Source of the DNA: Spirochaetia bacterium | Lineage (GTDB): Bacteria; Spirochaetota; Spirochaetia; CADAEX01 | Assembly: GCA_963662265.2 (NCBI GenBank) | Contig: CAXXHA010000012.1 | Location: forward strand, 1 to 41,674 | Reading direction: 5' to 3' | Length of the DNA: 41,674 bases | Shown here: in pieces, positions 28,402 through 38,445 of the stretch | Layout: each line of letters opens with the position of its first letter | How positions within the stretch are numbered: the first letter of the stretch is position 1 | Made by a program: the position numbers and the translations under genes | The notes under the pieces: generated by a model | The model's database searches: none | What the model was told of the DNA's origin: nothing | What the model saw: the letters and a program-made list of their open reading frames with translations, nothing else

Positions 28402-29349
28402 ATGAAAGGAAAAAAACTTTTATTGACAGTTACAGTCAATCCGTCAATTGACAAGGCGGTTGAAATTGAAAAATTCCGTTACGGTGAAATGAACAGGATA
28501 GTTGAAAGCTGCAGCAGTGTTGCAGGGAAGGGATTTCATGCGGCTATTGTGAACAAGAGGCTTGGCGGTGATTCATTCTGCCTTGGTTTCAGTTTCAAGC
28601 ACAGCAGGATGATGACTGAGAGATATTTTCTGACAAATAATGTTGCCAATGAATTTGTTGAAATACCCGGTGATCTCAGGGTAAATCTCAAGATTTTTGA
28701 CAGAGATACATCGATTATTACCGAAATAAATGACAAGGGAAAAAACATTGATGATAAACAGCTTGAATCTCTTTTTGACCTTGTAAAGAGATATCTTAAA
28801 GTAGGTGATATGATTGTTTTTTCCGGAAGTGTCCAGCCCGGAATTCCCGATACAATTTACAGGGATATGATTAAAGAGGCGAAAAAGGCAGGCTTGAAAA
28901 CTGTTCTTGATGCGGAAGGACCTCTTCTTGTGAAAGGTATTGAAAGCTCTCCCTATTTTATAAAACCGAATACATACGAGATTGAAAAATCATATGGGAA
29001 AATAATAACCAACTTTGATGATGCATCGGAAATGTGCAGGTTTTTTATAGATAAGGGGATAAAGATTGTCTGTATTTCCATGGGTGCGAAAGGTGCTGTT
29101 CTTTACGACGGGAAGGAATGCTGGTCTGCTGAATCTCCACAGGTTGAAATAATGAGTACTGTAGGTGCAGGTGATTCAATGGTCGGGGCAATATGCAGCG
29201 GAATTCTTAAAGGTGAAAATCTTGAGAATATGCTTAAATCAGGTATTGCAGCTTCTGCTTCAACATCAATGCTCAAGGGGAATGATCTCTGTTCTGCAGA
29301 AAGCTATGAAAAGATGTTTAAGGAAATTAAAGCACAAAAGATGTGGTAG
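28402..29349 (+). CDS. 1-phosphofructokinase family hexose kinase (PfkB; FruK/LacC-like)
   Basis: TVTVNPSID, FSGS.PG, IKPN.YE, SMGAKGA and TVGAGDS motifs. Confidence 0.9.
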   Translation: MKGKKLLLTVTVNPSIDKAVEIEKFRYGEMNRIVESCSSVAGKGFHAAIVNKRLGGDSFCLGFSFKHSRMMTERYFLTNNVANEFVEIPGDLRVNLKIFDRDTSIITEINDKGKNIDDKQLESLFDLVKRYLKVGDMIVFSGSVQPGIPDTIYRDMIKEAKKAGLKTVLDAEGPLLVKGIESSPYFIKPNTYEIEKSYGKIITNFDDASEMCRFFIDKGIKIVCISMGAKGAVLYDGKECWSAESPQVEIMSTVGAGDSMVGAICSGILKGENLENMLKSGIAASASTSMLKGNDLCSAESYEKMFKEIKAQKMW

Positions 29350-29367
29350 ACACACTGCATAATATAT

Positions 29368-29412
29368 AAAAAGCCGGAAGATCATAAGTATTATGTCTTT
29401 CCGGCTTTTTTT
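29368..29412. terminator. Bidirectional Rho-independent terminator
   Basis: AAAAAGCCGGAA...TTCCGGCTTTTTTT between convergent genes. Confidence 0.85.
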
Positions 29413-29463
29413 ATCTGCAGGACAGGTGCTTGCTTCCTGGTAAAAGCAGTTATCACTGCAAAT

Positions 29464-30513
29464 CTAATTAATCAAAGCTGAGAGATCAGGAATTGATGAC
29501 AGAAGGGGGAGAGTATCGATATTTTTCGCTCCCATTTTTATTAATTCATATCTAACCTTTGAAAGAGGGACATCCTCCCTGTCGATTTCAATCTGTATGC
29601 TGTACTGTGAATATTCTGAACCCGGGATTACTGTCGGTTCATCCGCATACAGATTATTGTCTGAAAGATATTTTTCAATAGATCCTTTGCTGCTCGACGG
29701 AACATTGAAAAGCATTAATACCTTGTTTTCTGCGTTGATAGTACCGTAAAGGTTGATAAGAAACATCTCAAGCAGGCTGTTTTTCATGCTGTCTTTCCTG
29801 ATTTCAGGATTTATCCAGATACCTGTTTCAGATTTCATATATTCATCTATTATCCTGAGACCGTAATTCTTGAGTGCGCTTCCCGACTGTGTGATTTCAA
29901 GCCCTATATCAGCAGCCATGTTGGTTATTTTCGCTTCTGTCTTACCCCATGTTTCATATATAAGAACACCTTTTTCAACTTTCGGAGGTGTTTTATATTT
30001 CTGAACAGACCAGGACTCAGCAAGTTCTGATTCCCCGATTGCGATCAGTTTTTTTCTGATCCAGTCAAGCGCCATATAGGGGAGTTCCGATACAACTGTA
30101 ATCAGCTGTTTCTCTTTAAGAAGGTTTTTCAGGAAGTCTTCAGTTGTTTTCTCCTGTACCTTTCCGTCAACTATCCCTACAAGCCTTACAAAGCCTCTTT
30201 TGAGAGAAAGAACTTTTTCAAGTTTTATTTCCTTTCCGTATTCTGTTTCAAGTTCAAGTCTTCTCTCTTCTATCCAGTCATCCCCTGATATAGCAACATC
30301 GAGTTCACCGAGGGCAATCTGGGTGCCGAATTCCTGGGGACGGCCGTCCCATCCGAACATGAAATTGACTGTGGAAAATGAAGTCGGACCTCCGTTTTCA
30401 TAACCTTTTGTCCTGAATCCTGAATGCTCGAGAAAACTGATAAGGTTTCCGCCCCTTTTCGGATTTGCGAGTGAACCTGCAGGCATTCCTATTGTAAGTA
30501 TTTCTTTATCCAT
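29464..30513 (-). CDS. hisG: ATP phosphoribosyltransferase, divergent long form
   Basis: GMPAGSL, RPQE, LDVAISGDDW, TWGKTEAK, EITQSGSALKNYGL; C-terminal PTV regulatory domain; next to hisI. Confidence 0.8.
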   Translation of the reverse strand: MDKEILTIGMPAGSLANPKRGGNLISFLEHSGFRTKGYENGGPTSFSTVNFMFGWDGRPQEFGTQIALGELDVAISGDDWIEERRLELETEYGKEIKLEKVLSLKRGFVRLVGIVDGKVQEKTTEDFLKNLLKEKQLITVVSELPYMALDWIRKKLIAIGESELAESWSVQKYKTPPKVEKGVLIYETWGKTEAKITNMAADIGLEITQSGSALKNYGLRIIDEYMKSETGIWINPEIRKDSMKNSLLEMFLINLYGTINAENKVLMLFNVPSSSKGSIEKYLSDNNLYADEPTVIPGSEYSQYSIQIEIDREDVPLSKVRYELIKMGAKNIDTLPLLSSIPDLSALIN

Positions 30514-30515
30514 TC

Positions 30516-30905
30516 CTATTCCTCAATAAATGTAAGTGTATCGTTTTCTTCTATTTTTCTGTAATAGCATGATGTATGAGGATTACCGTCCTCTTTTTTT
30601 GCATGACATGCGCCTTTCCCTTCAGGTTTAACAAGGTAAACAAGGGAATTCTGTTCACAGTTGATCCTGATTTCCTTTACAGAAAGCATATCTCCTGATG
30701 TCAGTCCCTTCTTCCACAGTTCGTTTCTGCTTCTGCTCCAGTATGTCGCATAACCGCTTTTCCGGGTTTCATCAAATGCCTCTTTGTTGACAAATGAAAG
30801 AATGAGAACATCTTTTGTTTCATAATCCTGTGTCACTACCGGAAGAAGCTTTTTTCCGTCATCTCCGAAATCAAGCATCAGTTTGTCTGTATATTCTTTT
30901 TTCAT
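30516..30905 (-). CDS. hisI: Phosphoribosyl-AMP cyclohydrolase
   Basis: LLPVVTQD, YWSRSRNELWKKG.TSG, NCE, ACH and SCY motifs. Confidence 0.88.
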   Translation of the reverse strand: MKKEYTDKLMLDFGDDGKKLLPVVTQDYETKDVLILSFVNKEAFDETRKSGYATYWSRSRNELWKKGLTSGDMLSVKEIRINCEQNSLVYLVKPEGKGACHAKKEDGNPHTSCYYRKIEENDTLTFIEE

Positions 30906-31078
30906 ATATAGTTTCCCCCAAGATTTAGGAATGCTATCATTGTTTTGTTATTTTCTCAAGTTTTGTGCTAAAATATTAAAGTGTACAGTATCTCTGTTAT
31001 AAAAATAATTTTTAACAGAAAACACAGAAGCATATGATTTATGAGTCTTCTGATAATTTTTACCGGTTAAGGTGTTGT

Positions 31079-33523
31079 ATGTTATCTGAGATTAGACATC
31101 GTTTTCTTCTTTTATTTCTTTCAGCAATGCTCTTTGTTTCCTATCCGCTGTTAGCACAGAATTATTATGGATCTGATGATCTAGTGATAGTAGGCGGTGA
31201 TTATGACTACCCACCATTTGAATTTATAAATAATGACTATATTCCTGAAGGATTTAATGTTGACATAATAAGAGCTGTCGCAAAGACAATGCAGCTGAAT
31301 ATTGAAATTGATCTTGAGCCATGGGCGCAGATAAGGGATAAATTTGAGAATAATGAAGTTCATATGCTTCAGGGGATGTATTACAGCGAGAAAAGGGCTG
31401 AAAAATATCTCTTTTCTACACCCCATATTATAATGAACCAGGCAGTTTTCAGAAGAAAAAATTCTCCCTCATATACATCTATTGAAAGTCTGAAAGGAAG
31501 GGAAGTTATTGTTCAGAAAGGCGATATAATGCATGAATATGTGCTTAAAAATAATCTTACCGATAAACTTATTCTTGCTGAATCGCCGGGTGACGGCCTG
31601 AGAATGCTTGCAGCAGGAAAACATGATTTTCTCCTTTCATCAAGAATAACAGGTCTCTACTGGATAAAGGAACTGAATCTCAATAACCTTACGACAGGGG
31701 ATAATCTGGTTTCCTATAAATACTGTTTTGCCGTGAATAAAAACAACCCTGAACTGCTGGCAAAACTGAACGAGGGACTTTTTATAATCCAGCAGACAGG
31801 TGTCTATAATGAAATATATGAAAAGTGGTTCAGCAGGCTTGAACCTGATCTTTATATTCTGAAAAAAACATATAAATTTATATTGATTTTTCTGTTCGGA
31901 ATTCTCACACTTCTGCTTGTTTTTATCCTGTGGTCAGGCAGCCTGAAGAAAACTGTCAGGGCAAGGACTGCTGAACTTGAGAAGGAAATTGAAGAACACC
32001 AGAGAGCTCAGCTTGAGCTTAATGAGAGCAGGGAGCTTTACAGTACTCTTTTTACAGATTTTACAGATGCATTTATTCTTTATGATATTGAAAAGGGTGA
32101 AATAATTCAATTCAATAAAAAAGCCTGTGAGCTTTATGGAATTTCCAGAGAAGAATTTTCAAAAATTAAAGTTACCGATATTCTGGATTTTGCCAACAGG
32201 AAAAGGGTGGAAAATCATCTTGAACAGGTATTTCTCAAGGGGTTTGACACCTATGATGCAGATTTTGTTAACAGAAAAGGGGAAAAGAAATTTCTGATAA
32301 TAAAATCAAAAAAAATGAATATAAACAGCAGGGACCTAATCCAGTCAATTGCAATTGATATAACAGAAAAGAAGAAACTTGAAGAAAAACTCATCCAGGC
32401 CGGTAAGCTTGAAGCAGTCGGGACTCTTGCTGGGGGCATTGCCCATGATTTCAATAACATTCTTGCTGCTATAATCGGGTATTCGGAAATAGGGAGAATT
32501 TCAATAGGCGAGGGCAATGCAGGCTGGGATGAAATAAATGAAATATTAAAAGCCGGCAACAGGGCCAAAGATATTGTAAGACAGATACTCCTTTTCAGCA
32601 GAAAAGATAATCTTAAAAAAGAGGTGATTGATCCGGGAGAGGTTCTTGATGAATCCTGGAAATTCCTGAGTTCCGCAATTCCAAGTACTGTCAGGATTAT
32701 TAAAAACAAGGCGCCTGAACTTTCAGGTATTTTCGCAAGCACAACCCAGATATACCAGATCCTGCTGAACCTGTGCACAAATGCTTCCCAGGCAATGGAA
32801 GATACAGGAGGTACAATTTCAGTAAATCTTGAAAATACTTTAAGATTCAATAAAAAATATGTTCTGTTGTCAGTTTCAGATACAGGCAAAGGGCTGGACC
32901 CGGATACTGTTGACAGGATATTTGATCCCTATTTTACTACAAAAGATATTGGCAAGGGATCGGGGCTAGGGCTTGCTGTTGTTCATGGTATTGTCAAGGA
33001 GAGCGGGGGATTTATTGAAGTTGATAATCATCCGGGCGAGGGAGTTACTTTCAATATATTTTTTCCTTCAGCAAAGGCAGCTGCCAGGGAACAGGAGATT
33101 TCAATACCGGATAATCTTGACGGAATTGAGACAGTTCTTGTTATTGATGATGAAGAATCAGTTGCAGATGTTATATCAAGATACCTTGCAACAGAAAAAT
33201 ATAATGTAATAACAGAAACTAACAGCAGCAAGGCTCTGAATATTTTTACGGAAAAAAAAGATTTTATTGATCTTGTAATAACTGATCAGACTATGCCTGA
33301 AATAACAGGTCTTGAACTGGCTTCCGAGATGAAAAAAATAAAAAATATCCCTGTACTTATCATTACAGGCTACAGTACAAGAGTGGATCCTGATGATCCT
33401 GAAAAATATAATGTAGAGAAAATAATGATTAAACCGATAAATAGAGTCAGGCTGCTTAAGAGTGTCAGGGAAATTCTTGACAGCTGGAAAAACGGTAAAA
33501 AAAATAAGCAGGAGGAGCAGTAA
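31079..33523 (+). CDS. Hybrid sensor histidine kinase (periplasmic family-3 SBP domain, TM, PAS, HisKA, HATPase, receiver)
   Basis: DYPPFEF...GFNVD SBP; GGIAHDFNNIL H-box; NLCTNA, DTGKG, FTTK and GSGLGL boxes; IDDE...TDQTMP receiver. Start is 31079 or 31034. Confidence 0.92.
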   Translation: MLSEIRHRFLLLFLSAMLFVSYPLLAQNYYGSDDLVIVGGDYDYPPFEFINNDYIPEGFNVDIIRAVAKTMQLNIEIDLEPWAQIRDKFENNEVHMLQGMYYSEKRAEKYLFSTPHIIMNQAVFRRKNSPSYTSIESLKGREVIVQKGDIMHEYVLKNNLTDKLILAESPGDGLRMLAAGKHDFLLSSRITGLYWIKELNLNNLTTGDNLVSYKYCFAVNKNNPELLAKLNEGLFIIQQTGVYNEIYEKWFSRLEPDLYILKKTYKFILIFLFGILTLLLVFILWSGSLKKTVRARTAELEKEIEEHQRAQLELNESRELYSTLFTDFTDAFILYDIEKGEIIQFNKKACELYGISREEFSKIKVTDILDFANRKRVENHLEQVFLKGFDTYDADFVNRKGEKKFLIIKSKKMNINSRDLIQSIAIDITEKKKLEEKLIQAGKLEAVGTLAGGIAHDFNNILAAIIGYSEIGRISIGEGNAGWDEINEILKAGNRAKDIVRQILLFSRKDNLKKEVIDPGEVLDESWKFLSSAIPSTVRIIKNKAPELSGIFASTTQIYQILLNLCTNASQAMEDTGGTISVNLENTLRFNKKYVLLSVSDTGKGLDPDTVDRIFDPYFTTKDIGKGSGLGLAVVHGIVKESGGFIEVDNHPGEGVTFNIFFPSAKAAAREQEISIPDNLDGIETVLVIDDEESVADVISRYLATEKYNVITETNSSKALNIFTEKKDFIDLVITDQTMPEITGLELASEMKKIKNIPVLIITGYSTRVDPDDPEKYNVEKIMIKPINRVRLLKSVREILDSWKNGKKNKQEEQ

Positions 33524-34552
33524 ATGGCTGAAGTAGTAACACTTGGAGAGATAATGCTGCGGCTGAAATCACCGGGACATGAACGATTTATGCAGTCCCC
33601 GTCTTTCAATGCAACATTCGGAGGAGGAGAGGCAAATGTTGCAGTATGCCTTTCATCACTCGGGATAAGCAGTTCGTTTGTTACTGCGCTGCCTGATAAC
33701 CCTATTGCAGACAGCTGTATCAATGAACTGAGGAAATATGGTGTGGATACATCATCTATTGTAAGAGCCGGAGACAGGATAGGAATTTATTTCCTTGAAA
33801 AGGGTGCAAACCAGAGGCCTTCAGTTGTTGTATATGACAGGGCAGATTCTGCTGTTTCTGTTACACATCCGGACAAATATGACTGGGAAAATATTTTCAG
33901 AGGCGCAGAGTGGTTCCACATTACAGGTATTACACCTGCTATTTCCGCCAACGGGGCAGAGCTTTCTCTTAAAGCTGCCCAGGAGGCTAAAAAAAGAGGG
34001 TTGACTGTTTCATGCGATCTCAATTTCAGGGGGAAGCTCTGGAAATACGGAAAGAAAGCGCCTGAAGTCATGTGCAGCCTGGCCGGGTATGCGGATTATC
34101 TTATCGGGAATGAAGAGGATTACCAGAAATCCCTTTCCATAGATGCTGATATAAATATTGAAAAAGGGAAGCTTGATACTGAAAAGTACAGGATTATAAC
34201 TGAAAAAGCGCTTGAGAAATACAGTAATGCAAGAGCGGCAGCTGTCACATTGCGGGAAAGCAGGTCGGCAGATGATAACGGCTGGTCAGCTGCGGTAAAT
34301 ACAGGAAAAGATTTTCTTGTATCATCCAGATACGAGATAAGGGATATTGTTGACAGGGTAGGAGGCGGAGATTCTTTTTCTGCCGGTCTTATCTACGGCC
34401 TTATGAAGCTTGATACATATGAAGATGCACTTGAGTTTGCTGTTGCCTGCTCCTGCCTGAAGCACAGCATAGAGGGGGACCTTGCGCTTGTTAAAGTATC
34501 AGAAGTTGAAAAGCTGATTAAAAATGGCGGTTCAGGAAGGGTTGAGAGGTAG
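33524..34552 (+). CDS. kdgK: PfkB sugar kinase, 2-dehydro-3-deoxygluconokinase-like
   Basis: GEIMLRL, GGGEANVA, HITGITPA, DLNFR..LW and DRVGGGDSF motifs. Confidence 0.85.
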   Translation: MAEVVTLGEIMLRLKSPGHERFMQSPSFNATFGGGEANVAVCLSSLGISSSFVTALPDNPIADSCINELRKYGVDTSSIVRAGDRIGIYFLEKGANQRPSVVVYDRADSAVSVTHPDKYDWENIFRGAEWFHITGITPAISANGAELSLKAAQEAKKRGLTVSCDLNFRGKLWKYGKKAPEVMCSLAGYADYLIGNEEDYQKSLSIDADINIEKGKLDTEKYRIITEKALEKYSNARAAAVTLRESRSADDNGWSAAVNTGKDFLVSSRYEIRDIVDRVGGGDSFSAGLIYGLMKLDTYEDALEFAVACSCLKHSIEGDLALVKVSEVEKLIKNGGSGRVER

Positions 34553-34679
34553 TTTATAAAACAAGATAACCCTGTTTTAAGGGGTATACACTCCTGGCCC
34601 CTTGTATATTTCTACTCACAAAAAATCAAACAGGACCTGCTTACAGCGGGTATAGGTAATCTGGATTTTACCGGAAATA

Positions 34680-35573
34680 TTACTTCTTTCTGCTTCTCTG
34701 AATAATTCCCATAATATTGTAGACAAGCCGGGAGGCTGCAAATTCAGATGATCTTGATAATGAAATTCTTTCACCTTCTGAAACTATATATTCAGGGGCA
34801 AGCTCTGTTAGATCAAAACCAATTATGTTTTTTTCTTCAGCGATTGATTCAATCATGGAAAGAGACTGGTACCATGACAGTCCTCCCGGTTCAGGCGTTC
34901 CTGTCGCAGGGATTACAGATGGATCAATACCGTCTATATCAAATGTGATAAACACATCATCCGGAAAATCCCCAGGCAGTGAAATATCTTTGATATTGTT
35001 TCTTACAGCTTCAGATGCATCTGTAAAATATATCCTGCTGCTTTTATTTCTCAGTTCAACCTCTTCAGGTGAAAGACTCCTTATTCCAATCTGGTATATG
35101 CTGAATCCCAGGTCATATCCCCGTTTCATTACACATGCGTGGCTAAGGCTGTTGTCTTCATATTTATCCCGGAGATCAGCATGGGCATCAAACTGTATAA
35201 TCCCGACTTCCCTGTCAAGTTTCTTAAGCGCCCTGAGCGCTGCGACTGTAATTGTGTGCTCGCCTCCGAGTACCACAGGTATGGCTCCCTCATTCAGAAC
35301 AGATGTGATTTTTTCCTCCAGTTTTTCAAGAAAAGTTTCAGTCTCAAGGGCAGTATCAATTAGAGAGTGTGTATATAATCCTTCATCACCGGGAGATGAA
35401 TATCCGTCCCATACTTCGAGCTGGTCTGATGATTCAAGTATTGCACCGGGGCCGCCTGCCGTACCTCCCCCGTATGAAACAGATGCTTCGAGAGGAGCAG
35501 GTATTATCCTGAATAACGCATTCTCCTTTTTCTGATCCGGGTATTCTGATTCAAGAAAGTATTTTTTATTCAT
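34680..35573 (-). CDS. speB: Agmatinase / ureohydrolase
   Basis: GGEH, DAHADLR and DIDGIDPS..PATGTPEPGG motifs; polyamine gene context. Confidence 0.88.
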   Translation of the reverse strand: MNKKYFLESEYPDQKKENALFRIIPAPLEASVSYGGGTAGGPGAILESSDQLEVWDGYSSPGDEGLYTHSLIDTALETETFLEKLEEKITSVLNEGAIPVVLGGEHTITVAALRALKKLDREVGIIQFDAHADLRDKYEDNSLSHACVMKRGYDLGFSIYQIGIRSLSPEEVELRNKSSRIYFTDASEAVRNNIKDISLPGDFPDDVFITFDIDGIDPSVIPATGTPEPGGLSWYQSLSMIESIAEEKNIIGFDLTELAPEYIVSEGERISLSRSSEFAASRLVYNIMGIIQRSRKK

Positions 35574-35733
35574 ATTGATTTATCTCCAGAATATTATTTT
35601 TAAGATAAACTAATTTTTCATTTAGTGAAAAGCCTTAACCTATTTTCAATATCCAATTCATCAGCAGTAAACTTGAGTCATGATTCAGATATGCCTGTAA
35701 TTCCTTTCTTTAAAACTTCACACCTGCTGAGGA

Positions 35734-36885
35734 TCAGGAGAGTCTTCCCTTGAAATCCTGATAGCCGAAACTCCTTACTACTTCATAACTTTTGTCACTT
35801 GAGCTGTATCTGATAATTGAAGGGAGGTTTACGCCGTTGAATGTTGTTGTCTTTACCATCGAATAATGGGCCATGTCTGTGAAAACCAGCCTGTCTCCCG
35901 GCTTCAGTTTTTCATCAAAGGAATATTCTCCGATTATATCACCTGCAAGGCATGAAACACCCCCGAGAGTATAGGTGTATTTTTTTTCATTCTTTTTACC
36001 CGAGCCTATGATATGGGGCCTGTAAGGCATTTCAAGTACATCAGGCATGTGGGTGGAAGCTGATGTATCAAGTATTGCAATAATATTTCTGTTTTCGACA
36101 ATATCCAGTACTTCAGCCACAAGCACACCTGTGTTAAGCGCTACAGCTTCTCCTGGCTCAAGATATACTTCGACATCATACCTTTCCCTGAAATTATTTA
36201 TAAGTTTTACAAGGAGATCTTTATCATAGTCCTTCCTTGTTATATGATGCCCTCCGCCGAAGTTGACCCAGTCCATCTTCCTGAACCAGGGTGCGAATTT
36301 TTTCTCCGCGGCAGAGAGAGTCCTTTCAAGCGAATCCGCGTTCTTTTCACAGAGTGTATGAAAGTGAAGACCTGTCACCCCTTCAAGATTCTCCCCTGCA
36401 AAGTTATCATAAGTTACTCCAAGCCTGGAGCCTGTCCTGCAGGGGTCATAGATCTCAACATCTGTCTCCCTGTGTTCAGGGTTTATTCTGATTCCTATTT
36501 TTTTCCCGGCAGAAAGAGCTCTTGACCTGAATTTTTCAAGCTGTGTAAATGAGTTGAATACAATATGGTTTGAAAGGCTTATGATTTCATCAAATTCCGA
36601 TTCCTTGAACGCAGGGGAATAAGTATGAACCTCTTTCCCGAATTCCTCGTATCCAAGCCTTGCCTCATTGAGACCGCTTGCACACACCCCGTCAAGATAA
36701 TCCCGTAAAAGGGGATAGAGCGAGAACATTGCAAATCCCTTCTGGGCAAGGAGAATCCTGCACCCGGTTTTCTCCCGGATGCTGTCTATTATTTCAAGAT
36801 TAGCCTTTAAAGCTTCCGTATCTACAACAAAAGAGGGAGATGGGAAGCTGAAGGGATCAAAGTTTAGAAAAAAATCTCTTTCCAC
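35734..36885 (-). CDS. nspC: Carboxy(nor)spermidine decarboxylase
   Basis: LAQKGF (PLP Lys), GLHFHTLCE, NFGGGHH, EPGEA, HMPDVLEMPY and CLAGD motifs. Confidence 0.93.
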   Translation of the reverse strand: MERDFFLNFDPFSFPSPSFVVDTEALKANLEIIDSIREKTGCRILLAQKGFAMFSLYPLLRDYLDGVCASGLNEARLGYEEFGKEVHTYSPAFKESEFDEIISLSNHIVFNSFTQLEKFRSRALSAGKKIGIRINPEHRETDVEIYDPCRTGSRLGVTYDNFAGENLEGVTGLHFHTLCEKNADSLERTLSAAEKKFAPWFRKMDWVNFGGGHHITRKDYDKDLLVKLINNFRERYDVEVYLEPGEAVALNTGVLVAEVLDIVENRNIIAILDTSASTHMPDVLEMPYRPHIIGSGKKNEKKYTYTLGGVSCLAGDIIGEYSFDEKLKPGDRLVFTDMAHYSMVKTTTFNGVNLPSIIRYSSSDKSYEVVRSFGYQDFKGRLS

Positions 36886-38042
36886 GGCAGTCCGTACCTG
36901 TTCAGGTCTTCCATGAATGGATCGGGATCATTTTCCTCCATGTTGAAAATGCCGTTATTCATCCATTTCCCACTCATCATCATCTTGGCACCAATCATTG
37001 CAGGTACCCCTGTAGTGTATGAGATTGCCTGTGATTTTACCTCTCTGTATGCCTCTTCATGGTCACAGATATTGTAAATATAGTATGTCCTCTCTTTGCC
37101 GTCCTTGATTCCCTTTATAAGGCATCCGATACATGTTTTGCCTTTTGTAAGGGGGCCCAGGGATGCGGGATCAGGAAGAAGCGCTTTCAGAAACTGAAGC
37201 GGAACAATTTCCTGCCCGTTATATACAACCGGATCTATCCTTGTCATACCTATGTTTTCAAGTACCTTCAGGTGGTTGAGGTAGTTGTCTGAAAAAGTCA
37301 TCCAGAAACGGGCTTTTTTTATTGTCGGTATATGTAAGGTGAGTGATTCAAGCTCCTCATGATACATGAGGTATATCTTTTTTTCTCCTATCCCTTCCGG
37401 AAAGTCGTAATTTTTGTTTACTGTAAGGGGTTCTGTTTCAACCCATTCTCCGTTGTCCCAGTATTTTCCTTTGGCTGTAACTTCCCTTATATTGATTTCA
37501 GGGTTGAAATTTGTTGCAAAAGGCTGTCCGTGGTCTCCTGCGTTGCAGTCTATAATATCAAGCTCATGGATCTCATCGAAATGGTGTTTCAGAGCGTATG
37601 CTGTAAACACGTTTGTAACTCCGGGATCAAAACCGCTTCCCAGGAGTCCCATAATACCACCTTCCTTAAACCGTTGCTGGTATTCCCACTGCCATTTGTA
37701 GCAGAATTTAGCCTCATCCTTGGGTTCGTAATTAGCTGTATCAAGATAATGTATACCTGTTTCAAGGCATGCTTCCATTATTGTAAGGTCCTGATAGGGG
37801 AGCGCAACGTTAATAACCATATCAGGCTTTGTTTTTTTTATCAGTTCAACAAGTTCAGGTACATTGTCTGCATCAACCTGCGCTGTCTCTATTTTTCTGT
37901 CAAGCCGGGATGCTATTTTTCTGCATTTCTCTTCTGTTCTGCTTGCAAGTATAATTTCTGAAAATACTTCCGGTACCTGTGCACATTTGTGGGTAACAAC
38001 CTGTCCAACCCCTCCTGCACCGATTATCATCACTTTTCCCAT
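36864..38042 (-). CDS. Carboxy(nor)spermidine dehydrogenase (saccharopine dehydrogenase family)
   Basis: GAGGVG, NVALPYQDL, YLDTANYE, GFDPG, FATNFNPEINIRE and SYTTGVPA motifs; upstream of nspC. Confidence 0.92.
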   Translation of the reverse strand: MGKVMIIGAGGVGQVVTHKCAQVPEVFSEIILASRTEEKCRKIASRLDRKIETAQVDADNVPELVELIKKTKPDMVINVALPYQDLTIMEACLETGIHYLDTANYEPKDEAKFCYKWQWEYQQRFKEGGIMGLLGSGFDPGVTNVFTAYALKHHFDEIHELDIIDCNAGDHGQPFATNFNPEINIREVTAKGKYWDNGEWVETEPLTVNKNYDFPEGIGEKKIYLMYHEELESLTLHIPTIKKARFWMTFSDNYLNHLKVLENIGMTRIDPVVYNGQEIVPLQFLKALLPDPASLGPLTKGKTCIGCLIKGIKDGKERTYYIYNICDHEEAYREVKSQAISYTTGVPAMIGAKMMMSGKWMNNGIFNMEENDPDPFMEDLNRYGLPWKEIFF

Positions 38043-38140
38043 AGTGCTATTCTCCTTTTATTGATATAGTGCATTCCTGAAGTTCAGTATATGAGTGCAA
38101 TGCGTAAAATATATGTATATTTTAAAAAAAATCAATATAA

Positions 38141-38332
38141 GGGATTCTCTAAAAACTATGTTTTTTGATTTTGTATCATTTTATTCGAATTCAGGTTATA
38201 GCCCCTTGTATGAGCAAAAATTGCTGTATACTGAAAACATAGTTTTTTTACAGACTCCCCACTCCGGGACAGACCCCTTGAAGGTAGATATCCCGGGGAA
38301 AAAACCGCAAAAGCGGGTTTTAAAAGATGCCT
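38141..38332 (+). mobile_element. MITE-like structured repeat, copy 2 (192 bp)
   Basis: Starts GGGATTCTCTAAAAACTATGTTTT, ends GCGGGTTTTAAAAGATGCCT; colinear with 11138-11312 plus a 17-bp insertion. Confidence 0.7.
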
Positions 38333-38445
38333 GTAAAAATTATACAAGCTGCATTCCTTTAATTCAATAATTAAGATATTGATTTTTTACCTGAAAAATA
38401 TACAATGAAATGCTGTTTTGATATCAGGAAGGGGTTTGAATAGAT

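Noticed and set aside
34825-35535. 236-aa + strand ORF, and similar antisense ORFs (20096-20635, 24718-25251, 32251-32889, 37359-37961)
   Set aside because: They lie wholly or almost wholly antisense to well-supported genes, show Ser/Ile/Phe-rich shadow composition and have no motifs.
38095-38370. ORFs of 91 aa (+) and 63 aa (-) in the speA upstream region
   Set aside because: They overlap the repeat element, and the frame is not preserved in the other copy at 11138.
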